In this document: one piece after another, positions 35,486-47,356 of the stretch
Position numbering within the stretch: position 1 is the first letter of the stretch
How the letters are laid out: each line of letters begins with the position of its first letter
Notes under the pieces: generated by a model
Told to the model about the DNA's origin: nothing
Database searches by the model: none
Seen by the model: the letters and a program-made list of their open reading frames with translations, nothing else
Translations under genes and position numbers: made by a program
DNA from: Eukaryota sp. GEM-RC1
Lineage: Eukaryota
Length of the DNA: 64,000 nucleotides
Reading direction: 5' to 3'
Assembly (NCBI GenBank): GCA_040285855.1
Contig: JAUFOQ010000004.1
Location: forward strand, 930,001-994,000

Positions 35486-35983
35486 TGGAAATGGGGCCGT
35501 TCTCAGTGTTCTGTAGATAAAGTAGTATCTACAGTATGGGAAATGTCTACAGCAATATGATTGAGTGATGTACACCCATCAGTCTACAAGTTTAAATAAC
35601 ACACCACTTCGTTCTTCTCAGGACATTGAGTATCCATTGCTTATCAATTAGAATCCGAAATATCATCGTGAACTGAAACGTGGAATGCTCAATGGCCAGT
35701 TCTGTTCAATTCTTTTAGTTCGCTTCAGGTTCTGGACTGCTGAAACAATTTCATGTCGTTTCAGAAATTTAGATAATCTTACTCATTTAATACTATTGTT
35801 GCAGCTCTTGTTGGAGTGACAGTCGTAGTTGTTCAGTATAACCAGATAGTTGGCAATCACATATCACAGTGTGATTTGTGATTACCAATCATCAAAGTTT
35901 CAAATAGAAAAATAAAACACATCTATCCTTAACATGTACTCAATCTAAGTTGTAAAACAGCATTTGTCAATGTATTAACATAC

Positions 35984-37003
35984 TAGACATGTCATTCAGC
36001 GTGACTCGACGCGACGTGACGTCATTTGTTCCGCGTCGGAGTCACTCAGCGCGTACAATGGTCGCGTCGCGTCAACGTCAACGCGTCGAAACGTCGCCGA
36101 AAGTCGTCGCGACGTAGATCCAATTAGAACAATCATTGTCAATGCAATATTATTCATCATATGATTCAATCGATTTCACTATAAATGAACCAAACAGTGA
36201 CCATGTCTTTTTGTAACGTGAACACATGAACTGGCAAACATAAACAAAATACCAAAACAATTGATTGAATAAGTACTACTACAAATTCAACACTCAAGTC
36301 CAAAGTCCGTGATCGTCTTCAGACTTAATCAATTAGTCGAGGATAAATTCTCATCTTCCTTGACACAAACGCCTTAATTTTTTCAGAGTACAGCTTGAAC
36401 ACTGTCTGGAGATAACATCGAATTTGTTTGATGAAATCATTTTTTACATTTAAACAGAACTAAAGACTTTAATTGCAACAATAAATTAAGACAGTACATA
36501 CTAATTCAAAAATGAAAGAAGTTAAATTCTCCACATCAACACGAGAATTATCCCTTTACAACATGGAATAAATGGAACATAAATAATTGGGAATGCTTCT
36601 ATAAGGAGCAAATATCATTCGATTAATCTATTCAGCACCATTAAAAACCGTGTCATTAGAACGACATAAAAGATTAAAATCACTGAATAATTTTATACCT
36701 TCTGGACCAATAACTATCAAAAATTGAAATTCATATTAATTAAAAGAGCTTATTTATACCAAGTTCTACTAGAGAAACTTTTGTCCATAAAATCGGAGTA
36801 AACAAATCACTATAAACTGGGTCAACATATTCAAACATGAAGTGACATTTATATAAGTGACGCGTCGTAACGCGTTGCGACGCGACGCCAAAATTCTGAA
36901 GTCGACGTGACGCGACGTGGAATAAGAAATCAGAAGTCGACGCAGTGCAACGTCGACGTGGCGTTCGACGCGTCACAAGGCGTCACGCTGAATGACATGT
37001 CTA
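35984..37003. mobile_element. hAT non-autonomous element D (1,020 bp)
   Basis: Perfect 22-bp TIR TAGACATGTCATTCAGCGTGAC, perfect TSD TAACATAC (35976-35983, 37004-37011), CpG-rich GACGCG/CGCGTC subterminal arrays, and an internal - strand LSPDSVQA resembling the hAT dimerisation-domain end. Confidence 0.95.
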
Positions 37004-37212
37004 TAACATACACATAGCTGTGGGACAAGACAAAAATCTCTGAACAATAACAAAGCATCAATCACGAATGTAATTGGATTTTCAATTTGACATTTGATTT
37101 TCACATGTATGCAAAGAGAGATTGTGTTCATCTATTTTGAATTTCTGTTGTTGAAATACGGACAAAAAATTACACTGCCTTCTCCACTTAAAAAGGTGTA
37201 ATGAATACGACA

Positions 37213-37456
37213 ATGGAGATCAGTTTGTCTGAATGTTCTGAATCTGTTGAGTTTCAAGCACAGTTTGAGCAAAGCATATCTAGAGAAGAGGCTCTCATTA
37301 ACAGGGGAAATGAAACTGATTTTGACCTCCAAGTTGGAAGAAGTTCAAGAAATTGTAGCACTTATTACGCCTCTAACTGTGATAGTTAGTGATGATAACT
37401 GCAAAACAATACCTGCCGACGAAGACATTAACATTATGTTTGAGATGTCCTTATAG
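37213..37456 (+). CDS. Possible small hypothetical protein (one apparent frameshift)
   Basis: Two overlapping short ORFs with protein-like composition could join near the GGGG/AAA runs at ~37304. No recognisable domain. Confidence 0.25.
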
Positions 37457-37735
37457 TTAGTAGTTATTGCGGAATGATCGAGCCCAGCTTGAAAGTATCA
37501 ATGTGCTGAGTTTGATAGAAAACTGTACTGTTTAAATATCTTCAAGCCGATTCAACTGACTACAGAAATGAAATATTTAATAATTTGTTCAATTTACATA
37601 CGAACACGTAGCTCTCGTTAATATCCTGCTCTCAATAAAAATAAAGCACATTACAATCTCCAGTTACTACGTCAAACTAAGTAGAATAAACCTATTGCTA
37701 TACAGATTTAGCTTTGATAATACCCACTTCACAAC

Positions 37736-39263
37736 TCACGAAGTACTAGTCTTAGATCGCAAGAACCTTCTATATACTAGTTCTACATTATCTCCAACTG
37801 AAACTTCTGAATCTCCATCAATCAATCGTATTTTGACCTTACCAGACTTTCCAAAAGTAGACTCAATCACACCAGTCATTTTACAATCACCCACGTAGAC
37901 GGTCTCATTCAAAAACACTCTAGCTTGAGGAACAGAATCAAACATGCCCCTCATCACTAAATTCTGACCGTCAATCACGCGATCAACAACTCCCGACTTC
38001 GACTTTGTCTTATACAATGACAAATTATTCCCAATAATATTAACTTCACCATAGAAAGCTATCCTACACTGTTTAGAACTCTGAGGGAAATCAAGACGAG
38101 AACAAATAGCCAATCTAGAAGGAGGTACTAGTACTGGTTTAGATAGGGAGACCAGGGCATAGCATTGTGATTTAGCATCTTGATAGTTGTTTAATATCTC
38201 ATAGACTTCATCTGAGAGCTGGAAGAGACTTTCAGAGGCTTTAAACAGCGAGACTCGTCCTACAACTGTATCAAAACCAATCGACACGTGATAATTTTGA
38301 CCTGTTACTATTTCCTGTTTGAACCACGGAACTTTGTTGACTTTTTACTACAAATGATTCAACCTCTAATAAACAATCACGTGAGCTTGTGAGCCAGAAC
38401 CTATCCAATTCAGTAGAAGAAACATCAAGACCAGAGATACAAAGACCAACACGATCACCAGATACTGCTTTCGAAACTTGTTTTTTAAACGATTGAATTG
38501 ATTTAACTTTAACTGGATTCTGTTGAGCTGACAGCACAAGTTCGTCATTTAGAGAGACAACTCCTTCTAGAACAGTTCCAGTGACAACGTTACCCTTGCC
38601 TTTAACTCCAAAGCAATGATCAATGGAGATGATACAGGGAACATTGGAGAAATCAGAAGAAGTAAGGGTTTGAATACGAGGTAGAGTGAGAACAATGGAT
38701 TCTAGGATGGCTAGGAGAGATGTAGTTTGATCAGGTAGGGGAGAATGAGTGGAGAAAGGGATGATAGGGGCCGCAGAGAGGAACTTTGTCTTGTTTAGAG
38801 CTTTAGAGATGGAGGTCTTGGCTTTTTGAATGTAACTGTCTCTAGAATCTTCTGGGAGTAAGTCTATTTTGTTGAGAAGAACAACAGATGGCTTACACAT
38901 GATTTCTCCCAAGACTATACACTCGCCAGTCTGAGTTTGGATGCCTTTGGTGATGTCAATGACTAGAATCATTAGGTCGATGATGGAGCTTCCTCCGATG
39001 ACAGTTCGGAGGAGACTAGCATGACCAGGGTGATCCACAAGGGAATATTGGAGGGACGAAAAGATGTTTTCAAACTGAGAAGGAACTGATGAAGAGAAGG
39101 AAGAGAAACCTAAGTCTAGAGTGATCCCTCTGGATTGCGCCTGCGGGTCTTTGTCAAAACAAGCAGTAGATTGAGTTTGGGAGAGAAAGCGGGCAATGCT
39201 GGTTTTACCACTGTCAACATGGCCAAGTAGACCAATGTTACAATTGAGGGGGTTTAATACCAT
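37736..39263 (-). CDS. EEFSEC: Selenocysteine-specific translation elongation factor (eEFSec/SelB); one apparent extra A at 38342-38346
   Basis: NIGLLGHVDSGKTS, STACFDKDPQAQSRGITLDLGFS, VDHPGHASL, DHCFGVKGKGNVVTGTV, and C-terminal CRIAFYG and GVIESTFGKSGKVK. Removing one A gives VNKVPWFK..YHVSIGFDTV. Confidence 0.93.
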
Positions 39264-39371
39264 TGTCCAGGTGTAATAGCAATCTGCAACAATTGAATTA
39301 AAACTGAATTTCCCTTCAATCCGTTTAGGGTCCTCTTCAAGCTTTTATAATTCTACTCAGCTTATTCTTTA

Positions 39372-40706
39372 ATGCCCACATCGCCATCTAAACCCAAGGC
39401 TAAGACTGTTACAAGTCCTAAAAAATCGAAAAAACCTACCAGTCCAAAGTCAAAATCTGCTTCTTCAAAATCCAAGCCCCAAAGAGACACCAAACCTGAT
39501 GACGATAATACTGATACTTCATCTGCTCGTCCTAAAGTAAAGAAAACCGTCAAACCCAAAGTCAATGTTAAGAACACCTTGTTCTTTCATTTCAACAAAC
39601 CCACTGCTCCACCTCCTCCAGTAGAAGATAATTCTCCACCTATCATCATCACCACTCCTCCACCACAGCCTGTAGAAATCATAGACATCGAAAGTCAGAG
39701 CACCCAGTCCCAAGCTTTAAAACCCAATCCTAACTGGGTTTCTCTAGCTGTTACTCATCCAAATCGCCAATTCCCTCCAGGAACAATCTATGCCAACTTA
39801 TCTCTACCTCTACCACCCACTTCTTACAACAATTCTCTCTCTGACTTTATCCTAACTCCTGATCCTTCAGTTACCTCGCTATCAGACTCTCTTGAGAGTA
39901 AACCACCAACACCTCCAGATGATTATACTACTTTGTTTATTACCCGTAAAAGAAGACGTGTTATCATCCGTGTTGGAGATGAAACACGTGTGTTTAAGCG
40001 TTTTGGCTTCCATGACGATCTCAATAGACCCCCCTTCTTTGGTACTTTCTCTCGCTCTTCTTCATACGTCCGTCCTCGTCGTCCTCTAAATAGAGATGCT
40101 TCTGTTGACTACGACTACGATAGTGCTGAGGACTGGGAGAGTGAAGAAGGAGAGGATCTAGCTTCTGGTGATGAGCAGGAAGAAGTTGAGGAGGAGGAAG
40201 AAGAGGAAGATCCAGGATTCGTAGTAGATGATGGTTATCTAAGTAAAGACGAAGGAAGTGAGGATGAGAGTCGTTGCGTGATGAAGGTCAGTGATGGGGG
40301 TCAGACTGTCGTGATTGGACCTTACTTTAGTTCTAGTGGGGAGGAGAAACCAAAGGAGTTCTCTGAATTGAGTGTTGTGACCTTCATGTCCACACCGATT
40401 AGTATGATTAAGAATAATGTTATTGTTTATGATCACTTGACTGGACCACCGTGGCCTCTGGAAGTCTTGAGAAGTCTGTGTAGGTTTTTAGAAGCCAATC
40501 ACGGGTCAGTTCAAATTATTTCGAAAGGATTTAAAATTTTGTTGGAAGAGCAGAATGCTTCGCTGGAAGCTACTTCTGTTCCAGTAAGAAAGTTCAGTAG
40601 GAAGTCTATCATTGAGGTTATTAAAAGAATTACTGAAAAGGAAGGTCATGGGAAAACTCAAAAGTTTGTGGTAAAACAAGATGTTCGAGACCAGTTGGGG
40701 GTGTAG
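39372..40706 (+). CDS. CHAF1A: Chromatin assembly factor 1 subunit A (CAF-1 p150/Cac1)-like
   Basis: RPPFFGTF..PRRPL.RD..VDYDYDSAEDWE..EGEDL, an acidic tract and FVVDDGYLS, which is the conserved CAF1A core. Confidence 0.88.
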   Translation: MPTSPSKPKAKTVTSPKKSKKPTSPKSKSASSKSKPQRDTKPDDDNTDTSSARPKVKKTVKPKVNVKNTLFFHFNKPTAPPPPVEDNSPPIIITTPPPQPVEIIDIESQSTQSQALKPNPNWVSLAVTHPNRQFPPGTIYANLSLPLPPTSYNNSLSDFILTPDPSVTSLSDSLESKPPTPPDDYTTLFITRKRRRVIIRVGDETRVFKRFGFHDDLNRPPFFGTFSRSSSYVRPRRPLNRDASVDYDYDSAEDWESEEGEDLASGDEQEEVEEEEEEEDPGFVVDDGYLSKDEGSEDESRCVMKVSDGGQTVVIGPYFSSSGEEKPKEFSELSVVTFMSTPISMIKNNVIVYDHLTGPPWPLEVLRSLCRFLEANHGSVQIISKGFKILLEEQNASLEATSVPVRKFSRKSIIEVIKRITEKEGHGKTQKFVVKQDVRDQLGV

Positions 40707-41237
40707 CGGGGTTTAAGTATTTTCAATATTTAGAATTTTGTTGAACTTTGGTTCAATTTAAGATGATAGTTTTTTGCGTGTAATTTTAGTTAGTTCTTTA
40801 TTTTTTGTTTAATGATTTCGGTCGCTTATTGGCTTGTTCTAGAATATCATTTTGTTAATCATTAGTTTCTTTTCTTCCGCAACTGGAGCCAAATAAGATT
40901 CTAGTATTATTGTTCTGATCTATCGAGACTTGATTTTACTGATAAAACAATCAGCAAATGATAACCATTACTTCTGTCATCGCCAATGATTTGTCAATTT
41001 GTCAACGAAACCGTTGTTATTCAAATCGCAAGGAAATAGGGGCGGTAGATTAGAGTAGAAATCCCAACAAATTGTGTATGCTATCATCAAACATGATTAA
41101 ATCTAGGTACTGATCAGAATTATACTGATCTCCAGTGAGTAGACTGGAACATTGTCAGGTGTTATTTTAATAGAAACAAGCAGAAAGTAGTCGCGGTATT
41201 TTGAGAGTCAGATTCATGAGCTATTTCTTCAGATTCA

Positions 41238-42056
41238 ATGTCGACTCTTCTACATATTCTTCTGTTTCTTTTACTTGCTTTGTATACATCAGCTGATGTT
41301 ACTACGTTCGATTTTCGATCAGAACACGACAACTGTGTTCCTCCGATAAAAGATCAAGGATCCTGTGCTGCTGGATATGCTTTCTCTTCCACCTATGCCA
41401 TCTCTGCCCGGCAATGTCTTCTAACATCAGAACTTTCTGATCCTTCTGAACAGGAACTCATTTCATGTCTTCACGGTTGTGATACTGGCCACCTATCTGA
41501 TGTTTCGAGCTATGTCGCTGATAACGGTCTCCGCTCTTCTTCCTGCTTCACTTATCATGAAAGGGACACCTCTTGCATACCCAGATGCTCTTCTTCCGTA
41601 ATAGGCTTTATACCCGTTGTATGGGTTAATGCGACATCTTATGTCTTTGACGCCTCACTTTCCTTCATTAAACAACAAGTTGTAGATCACGGTCCCATCA
41701 CGATTACCATTCCCATATACGAAAGCTGGATCTCGTATACTGGAGGGATATACGACGCCCATATCAATGATACCAGTCTTGGCTACCATCACGTCAACAT
41801 CATTGGCTTTGATGATTCGGAGAACTCTTTCCTTTTGACGAATTCCTTTGGCACTGATTGGGGAGAAAATGGCTATTGGAAGGGGAATCAATCATCAGAG
41901 ATGTTTCCGTGGGGTTTAGCCGTTATGGGGTTTCACCCAACCCCAGAAGAACTACCATTTGATTGGACTTTGTACGTCATCATTGGTGGGATTGTCGTGA
42001 TATTGTTGCTTGTATTGGGTTGTTTCTATTGTTTTAAGTTGTCACGGAAGTATTAG
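41238..42056 (+). CDS. Papain-family (C1A) protein, probably catalytically inactive, with signal peptide and C-terminal TM
   Basis: FDFR, DQGSCAAGYAF (catalytic Cys is Gly), SEQELISC, YTGGIY, HHVNIIGF, NSFGTDWGENGY, and a hydrophobic C-terminal anchor. Confidence 0.9.
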   Translation: MSTLLHILLFLLLALYTSADVTTFDFRSEHDNCVPPIKDQGSCAAGYAFSSTYAISARQCLLTSELSDPSEQELISCLHGCDTGHLSDVSSYVADNGLRSSSCFTYHERDTSCIPRCSSSVIGFIPVVWVNATSYVFDASLSFIKQQVVDHGPITITIPIYESWISYTGGIYDAHINDTSLGYHHVNIIGFDDSENSFLLTNSFGTDWGENGYWKGNQSSEMFPWGLAVMGFHPTPEELPFDWTLYVIIGGIVVILLLVLGCFYCFKLSRKY

Positions 42057-42518
42057 CTTTCAATATTATTAGTTTTTGTGAGATTGGACAGTGTTTTTTC
42101 GATCTTTTTTTAGCATTTTGTATATTATTTTTGTATTTTAATTCATTCTTTCAATCCTTTTTATGATCTTCCAAGTGTCTCCGACCCTGTCCTTCCTGTT
42201 GTTTCATTTTCTTCTACAATTTTCGTATGATAACACAGGGCCTTTTTTGTAGTGGTATCATAAAAATTCTGTTTGTTTCGGTGTTAAGTGGGTTGGAAAA
42301 TACAATTTTTATATGGGTGTCAGATAACTCAGTGTGTATAACAACAGTATCTGTGAACATGGGACCACAAAAAAGTAGCCGCATTGTCGCGATTGCCTTA
42401 TTTTGCAGACAGTATTTTACAGTAGTAGCTAATGTTTGTTCAATCACTGTCAAAGTGTCAATCTGTCACTAAGAGTCTAGGTCTTCAATTTCTTTCTTCT
42501 GCACACTTTTTTGCTTTG

Positions 42519-44247
42519 ATGACCAGTCCTTTTTTTTGAAGATGGTCAGGTTCCTGATTCCTTGTCAGCTGATTCAACCACTATAGGAAGTTCTTCTTCT
42601 CTCTCTGAAAAAAGTAGCAGTAGAGGTGACACTGTCGAAGTTAGTTCTACAACATCTCCTGGACCCACATCATCAATATTCTCCGAAACCGAAGACATTG
42701 AAACTGCAAGCGTCGAGTTGAAAACTCATGCCGAAACATCACCAAGGGTTAGTACATCAACTGTTAATAAAAATGGTTCGTCTACTAGTTCCAATGGGTG
42801 GAGTAAGCATACATCTGAAACTGAGACTAGCAATTCTAGATCTGCAGGATGGGGTTCAGTTGTTTCTTCTGACTGCTGGGAGAAGTCAGCAACACGTAGA
42901 GAACCTGTTGGCGCTTCATCGCAATCCACCTCTGTCAATCCTTCAAAAACCTCTGAACGACCTTCTTCTATCTCTAAAGAACAATCTACAACTTCTTCAT
43001 CTAGCCAACGAAGTGCTCCTGTCCCTTGGGGAAGTACTACAGTGACTATGGAATGGGATAAACCAAAACCCTCTCACAGGGCTTCATCAACTGACCGTGC
43101 ACCCGAGTCTCGTAGAAGCTCCAGTCAACAAAGCTCCAGAAGTACTCCTTCCCGACCTGAACAGTCATCTGGTTGGGGACGTCAGACTGAATCCAGTGGT
43201 CAATGGGCCAGACCGGAACCATCTCCAAGAGCTCCCAATGGACGGTCTGATACTTCTAGAAGATCTGACGACCGTTCTAGCACTTCCTCTAGTTGGGCCA
43301 GACCGAGAAACCAAGACGATGATCGACGTGTTTCAAGACAATCTCCAAGATCACCTGATCGTTCATCTACCAGACAAAGAAGTCCTCCTGAAACTGCTGC
43401 AGTTGTTCATCCATCTAGAAGGAGACCACAACGTGATCTAATTCCACCTGCTCATATCCTAGATCCTGATAGCAACCCCCAACCCAAATCCAGATCACAA
43501 CAAAAGTCTAAACAAAAAGAACCTTCCAGAAGAAAGCGGGGCTCTCGTGGATCCTCTGTTGAGAAGCAGCCCCCGTTTCCATCCAGCGTTCCTCCACCAC
43601 CTCCTTCATCTCACTTCGCCCCACCGTCTCTTATTACACCTCCTCCCCTTGTTTCAACTTCAACTCACGTCCCTGTACATCCTTCCCGTCAACCAGCCAG
43701 ACCCTTAGTCCCACCTCCTGAAATTCTAGATCCTGACCGCTATGGAGGTCCCTCTCGAGGTTCTCGTAAACGCAGATCTAATACTCCTCCGCCACTCCAA
43801 CCACCTCCTAAAATGGACACTCCTTCACACTTCACTCCAAGGGGATCCTGGGGAGCTCATCCTCCAATGCATCACACTCCTCCTACCCATGTTCCTCTTC
43901 AAATGCATCCTTCCCCCTTCCAACAACCTCAACTACCAGCTCCTTCTTGGACAACTCCCTCCGTTGCTGATGTTGGAGAGCCTCTTTATCATCGCACAGT
44001 TCCTGATAACCACCAACTACAGAAATTCCGTCAAGAAATCAATAGTTTTGTTGAAGATAAGTTGGTTCGATACATTAGACAGGGTGTGTTATGTCATCGT
44101 TCAATGCGTCCAATTCTAGAAGGAATTGTATCAGAAGTTTCTAGCAAAGAAATAGGTGCTGGAAACTACGTCATGAGTTCAAAAATGAAGGAAAAAGTGT
44201 GTAAACATATTGATTATACTGTGTACAAAAAATCCAGAGGTCAATAA
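42519..44247 (+). CDS. Ser/Arg/Pro-rich disordered protein with a C-terminal SRI-like helical domain
   Basis: Long low-complexity ORF. The C-terminus FRQEINSFVEDKLVRY...KEKVCKHID resembles Set2-Rpb1-interacting domains. ATG 42519 is in frame if one T is removed from the run at 42530-42537. Confidence 0.65.
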
Positions 44248-44278
44248 GTTTATTATCACACACAATCATTCTATTTAT

Positions 44279-45736
44279 TCATTGCAGAAGTCCGATTCCA
44301 GCAGCATCATCATTGAATACAGAAGAATAATACCTGGGGTATACTCCCGGTACCACTAGTCCCTTTTTTTGATCTTCTATTAGAGCTTGTTTCACAGATT
44401 CTGGTGCATTTATAGAATATTCATTTCTACTTACCTTGTTAATTCTCCCTTGATGTTGTTGGTACACAACTCCCGCCCAATTTATTTTGTTAGTTTTAGA
44501 GAAGCAGTGGTAAAGAGCAACAAAGGCTGCCAACAAAAGATGCATTACTAGTGCTAATCCAGTTTTAATAAAGGGTGTTGATAGAATAAATGAAACATGT
44601 TCTCGAGAAACTTCTTCATTACACTGCTTTAAAACTCTAATTAATGAGATTAAAGTCTTTGTGATAATTCCTAACCCTAATACCAAAGATAATGATGAAA
44701 AAACAACACCAGTACAAGGTTGGGGAATGATGGGGGTGATGGTGGAGAGAATAAACATGAGAAGAGTACAAGTAGCTAGGATAAAGGGGAGTCCAAAACC
44801 AATAAAGGAAAGAGGATTTAACCAGAGTAATAACAGGTTTTGAATTTTGTTGGCAGTAGAGGAATACGTTGTACAAACAAACAATTGTCGACTTAAAAAT
44901 CCCAAATATTTTGAAAAACTAATCCGTGTTGTTAGAGGATTTGGAAACACCGCCATCGGATGACTAGCTATTGTTCTATTATATTGAGAACAAACACTTA
45001 CAGTTGCCATATCATCACTATAACCACCATCACGCCATAAATCCAGAATATTGTATAAATTATTCCTAAATGACGAAAGTTCAAACATCATAAACCCACC
45101 CCACATAAACCTCGTTCTTCTCCCAGTAAATGATCCTAAGTTCAAGAGCCTGTAGTGCATTAGCAGGAGTCCCCAAAAGCCAGCATTGTTAGAAGGAGCT
45201 TCGAAGCAATAACCAGTAGCAGCAAAGACTTGAGGATCTTGAAAGGAAAGAACAAGTTGTTCATAGACACCGGAGTGAACACGGATATCGTCGTCAGTGA
45301 AGAGGACGAAGGAAGAGTCTGGGGAGCAAGCTGCAATGCCTGCGATCTGATTGTGGATCTTTTGGGCATTGTGGAAGGATAAACCAGCTACAACGAGTTT
45401 GCAGTTGTTGTGATGGGAAATAACTGAGTTGATGGCAGAATAGGCTGGATCGGATGTTGATTCAACTACGAAGATGTGTTCTAGAGGTCCTTGATAGTGG
45501 AGTTTGAGAGAAGATTCCCAATTAGTTAGAGATTCAGAATGAGTTCCCTTGCAAACTAAAACAACAGAGATCATGGGTAGAGGTTCAGAGAACCGAGGAT
45601 GGTTGGATTGAGAAAGGGATTTGAGAAGAACTTTACGATATCGAGTTTGGACAAATGTAATACCAGTGAGAACAAACACAGCGACTAAGGCCTGGATATT
45701 GAGTACAGAAAGAAAAGAGCACCAAGTTAGTGACAT
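44279..45736 (-). CDS. Glucosylceramide synthase-like glycosyltransferase (GT21/GT2 fold, plant-type motifs)
   Basis: N-terminal TM, QKIHNQI, FTDDDIRVH, MWGGFMM, GGYSDDM, LSRQ, several C-terminal TMs, INWAGVVY. Confidence 0.85.
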   Translation of the reverse strand: MSLTWCSFLSVLNIQALVAVFVLTGITFVQTRYRKVLLKSLSQSNHPRFSEPLPMISVVLVCKGTHSESLTNWESSLKLHYQGPLEHIFVVESTSDPAYSAINSVISHHNNCKLVVAGLSFHNAQKIHNQIAGIAACSPDSSFVLFTDDDIRVHSGVYEQLVLSFQDPQVFAATGYCFEAPSNNAGFWGLLLMHYRLLNLGSFTGRRTRFMWGGFMMFELSSFRNNLYNILDLWRDGGYSDDMATVSVCSQYNRTIASHPMAVFPNPLTTRISFSKYLGFLSRQLFVCTTYSSTANKIQNLLLLWLNPLSFIGFGLPFILATCTLLMFILSTITPIIPQPCTGVVFSSLSLVLGLGIITKTLISLIRVLKQCNEEVSREHVSFILSTPFIKTGLALVMHLLLAAFVALYHCFSKTNKINWAGVVYQQHQGRINKVSRNEYSINAPESVKQALIEDQKKGLVVPGVYPRYYSSVFNDDAAGIGLLQ

Positions 45737-46747
45737 GTATAGTAAGGGAAGTGATATCCGAACGACATCTAGTTCAATGAGTAGTACACATATTAGAGAT
45801 AAAAAACAACATTCAAGCTGGTTCGCTTAAAAATGATCTGGAACATATGGGAAAACAAGTTCAAAGTCAAAGTTGAAAAGAAATGGTCAAAAAATAATTG
45901 CATTCTGTAATAAAGTATTGGAAGGTAAGTTGATTGTTTGCAATAATGTATTGCAACAGTATGGAGTATTGCAATTATTTATTGCATAATTTTGTCTGCC
46001 TTAGAGCAAATAAACTAACATATCAATTCAATAACAATACAAAATTTCCTTTATTAAAACTCCAAAAGAACAAATGACTAATTTTTCAGCAAAATCAATA
46101 GAAGAGAGTCGTATGCTAACTTGAACCGTCAACAAGATCCATCTTTTGTCCATTCACCGATTCGTTTCCAGTGTTCACATTCCAATAACTTCTATTGATT
46201 GACAAGAATAGCTGTGTTTCAAGTCTTTCATGAATCAGAGCCATTCGTGATAATCCTTTGTTATTCTAACACGACTTTGCCATTTGTTCGGAAGTAAAAG
46301 GACGCATACTGTAATTGTTGAGGACCATAGCTTTCCATACAAACAACTCCACTGTCATGACGTAATGGTCTCATGACATTCATTACTTAATTACACCCAT
46401 ACTTGGAAAATAGATGTATGTTTAACAAATTACAGATACTGCTTACTACAGTCATTTTCCAAACAATTGACTATTTACTCCTATGTGTAGATTATCAGCT
46501 TTGACTATTAATTATATAACATAATTGTTGACATAATGTTTTGTTGTTCCATTTTACGATGTTAAGTTTGTCATGACGTAAGATTGTTATGATGTTCCGA
46601 CATCATGAAGAGCTATGATTTTGAACAAAATCTGCTGTTTAATTCACGAGACATGACGAAGCTTGGTAAATATGTGGTAATCATAACTGTATCTAAGTGA
46701 ATACTGTTCAGAGATGAAAGGGACAAAAATAACCTTCAAATTGAAAG

Positions 46748-47150
46748 TTATGAAACGCTAAACACAGCTTGTTGGTCAACATTACCAAATTTCTTATACA
46801 GCTTCGTCATATTTGATTTCACAATTTTGGGCACACATCGGAACAGACAAAAATTCAATCGGTTATGCCAAATTGATAAGTAAAATCTTTTATTCTGAGA
46901 CTGACAAATAGATCCAAAATCAATTAATAACTGAGAAGTTTTTTCACCAATACTAACAAAAATACAAATAGTAGATGGAACAAATGAACATTTTGAATAT
47001 ACATGCTGATTGAGTTTAGCAACATCGCAGGAGTACAGATGAAGTTTACGTTTTTGGGTTGTTTCCGTCTGGTTAAAACCTTTTGAGATTATGACATTAA
47101 CATGAGTTTGAAAACAGGCACCTAATGTTGTAACATCAAGCAAGAGAATT
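46748..47150 (-). mobile_element. Highly degenerate CRE-like retroelement 3' fragment
   Basis: LLLDVTT...FVP...SIG...IDF...FYLSIWHNRLNFCLFR parallels the C-terminus of 61956-62948 (MDFATV..FAVSLFG..KDF..FRMVEWKNRIVFSIYR). Confidence 0.5.
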
Positions 47151-47356
47151 TGACTGGAATCCTCAATAAAAGGACCATATACGACACCCCAAATTGATTG
47201 AATTGATTTTCTTAATGTTGGGGTACTGCAAAGCAACATCCAAGCTAGAAAATGGTGTGTTTGATGATCCACACACATTGCAACACGTGTTTTGATCACT
47301 GTGAAGTTCAGAGTCTGAACAAAGGTTAAAAGCAAATTGTACATTTTAAATTTCGA

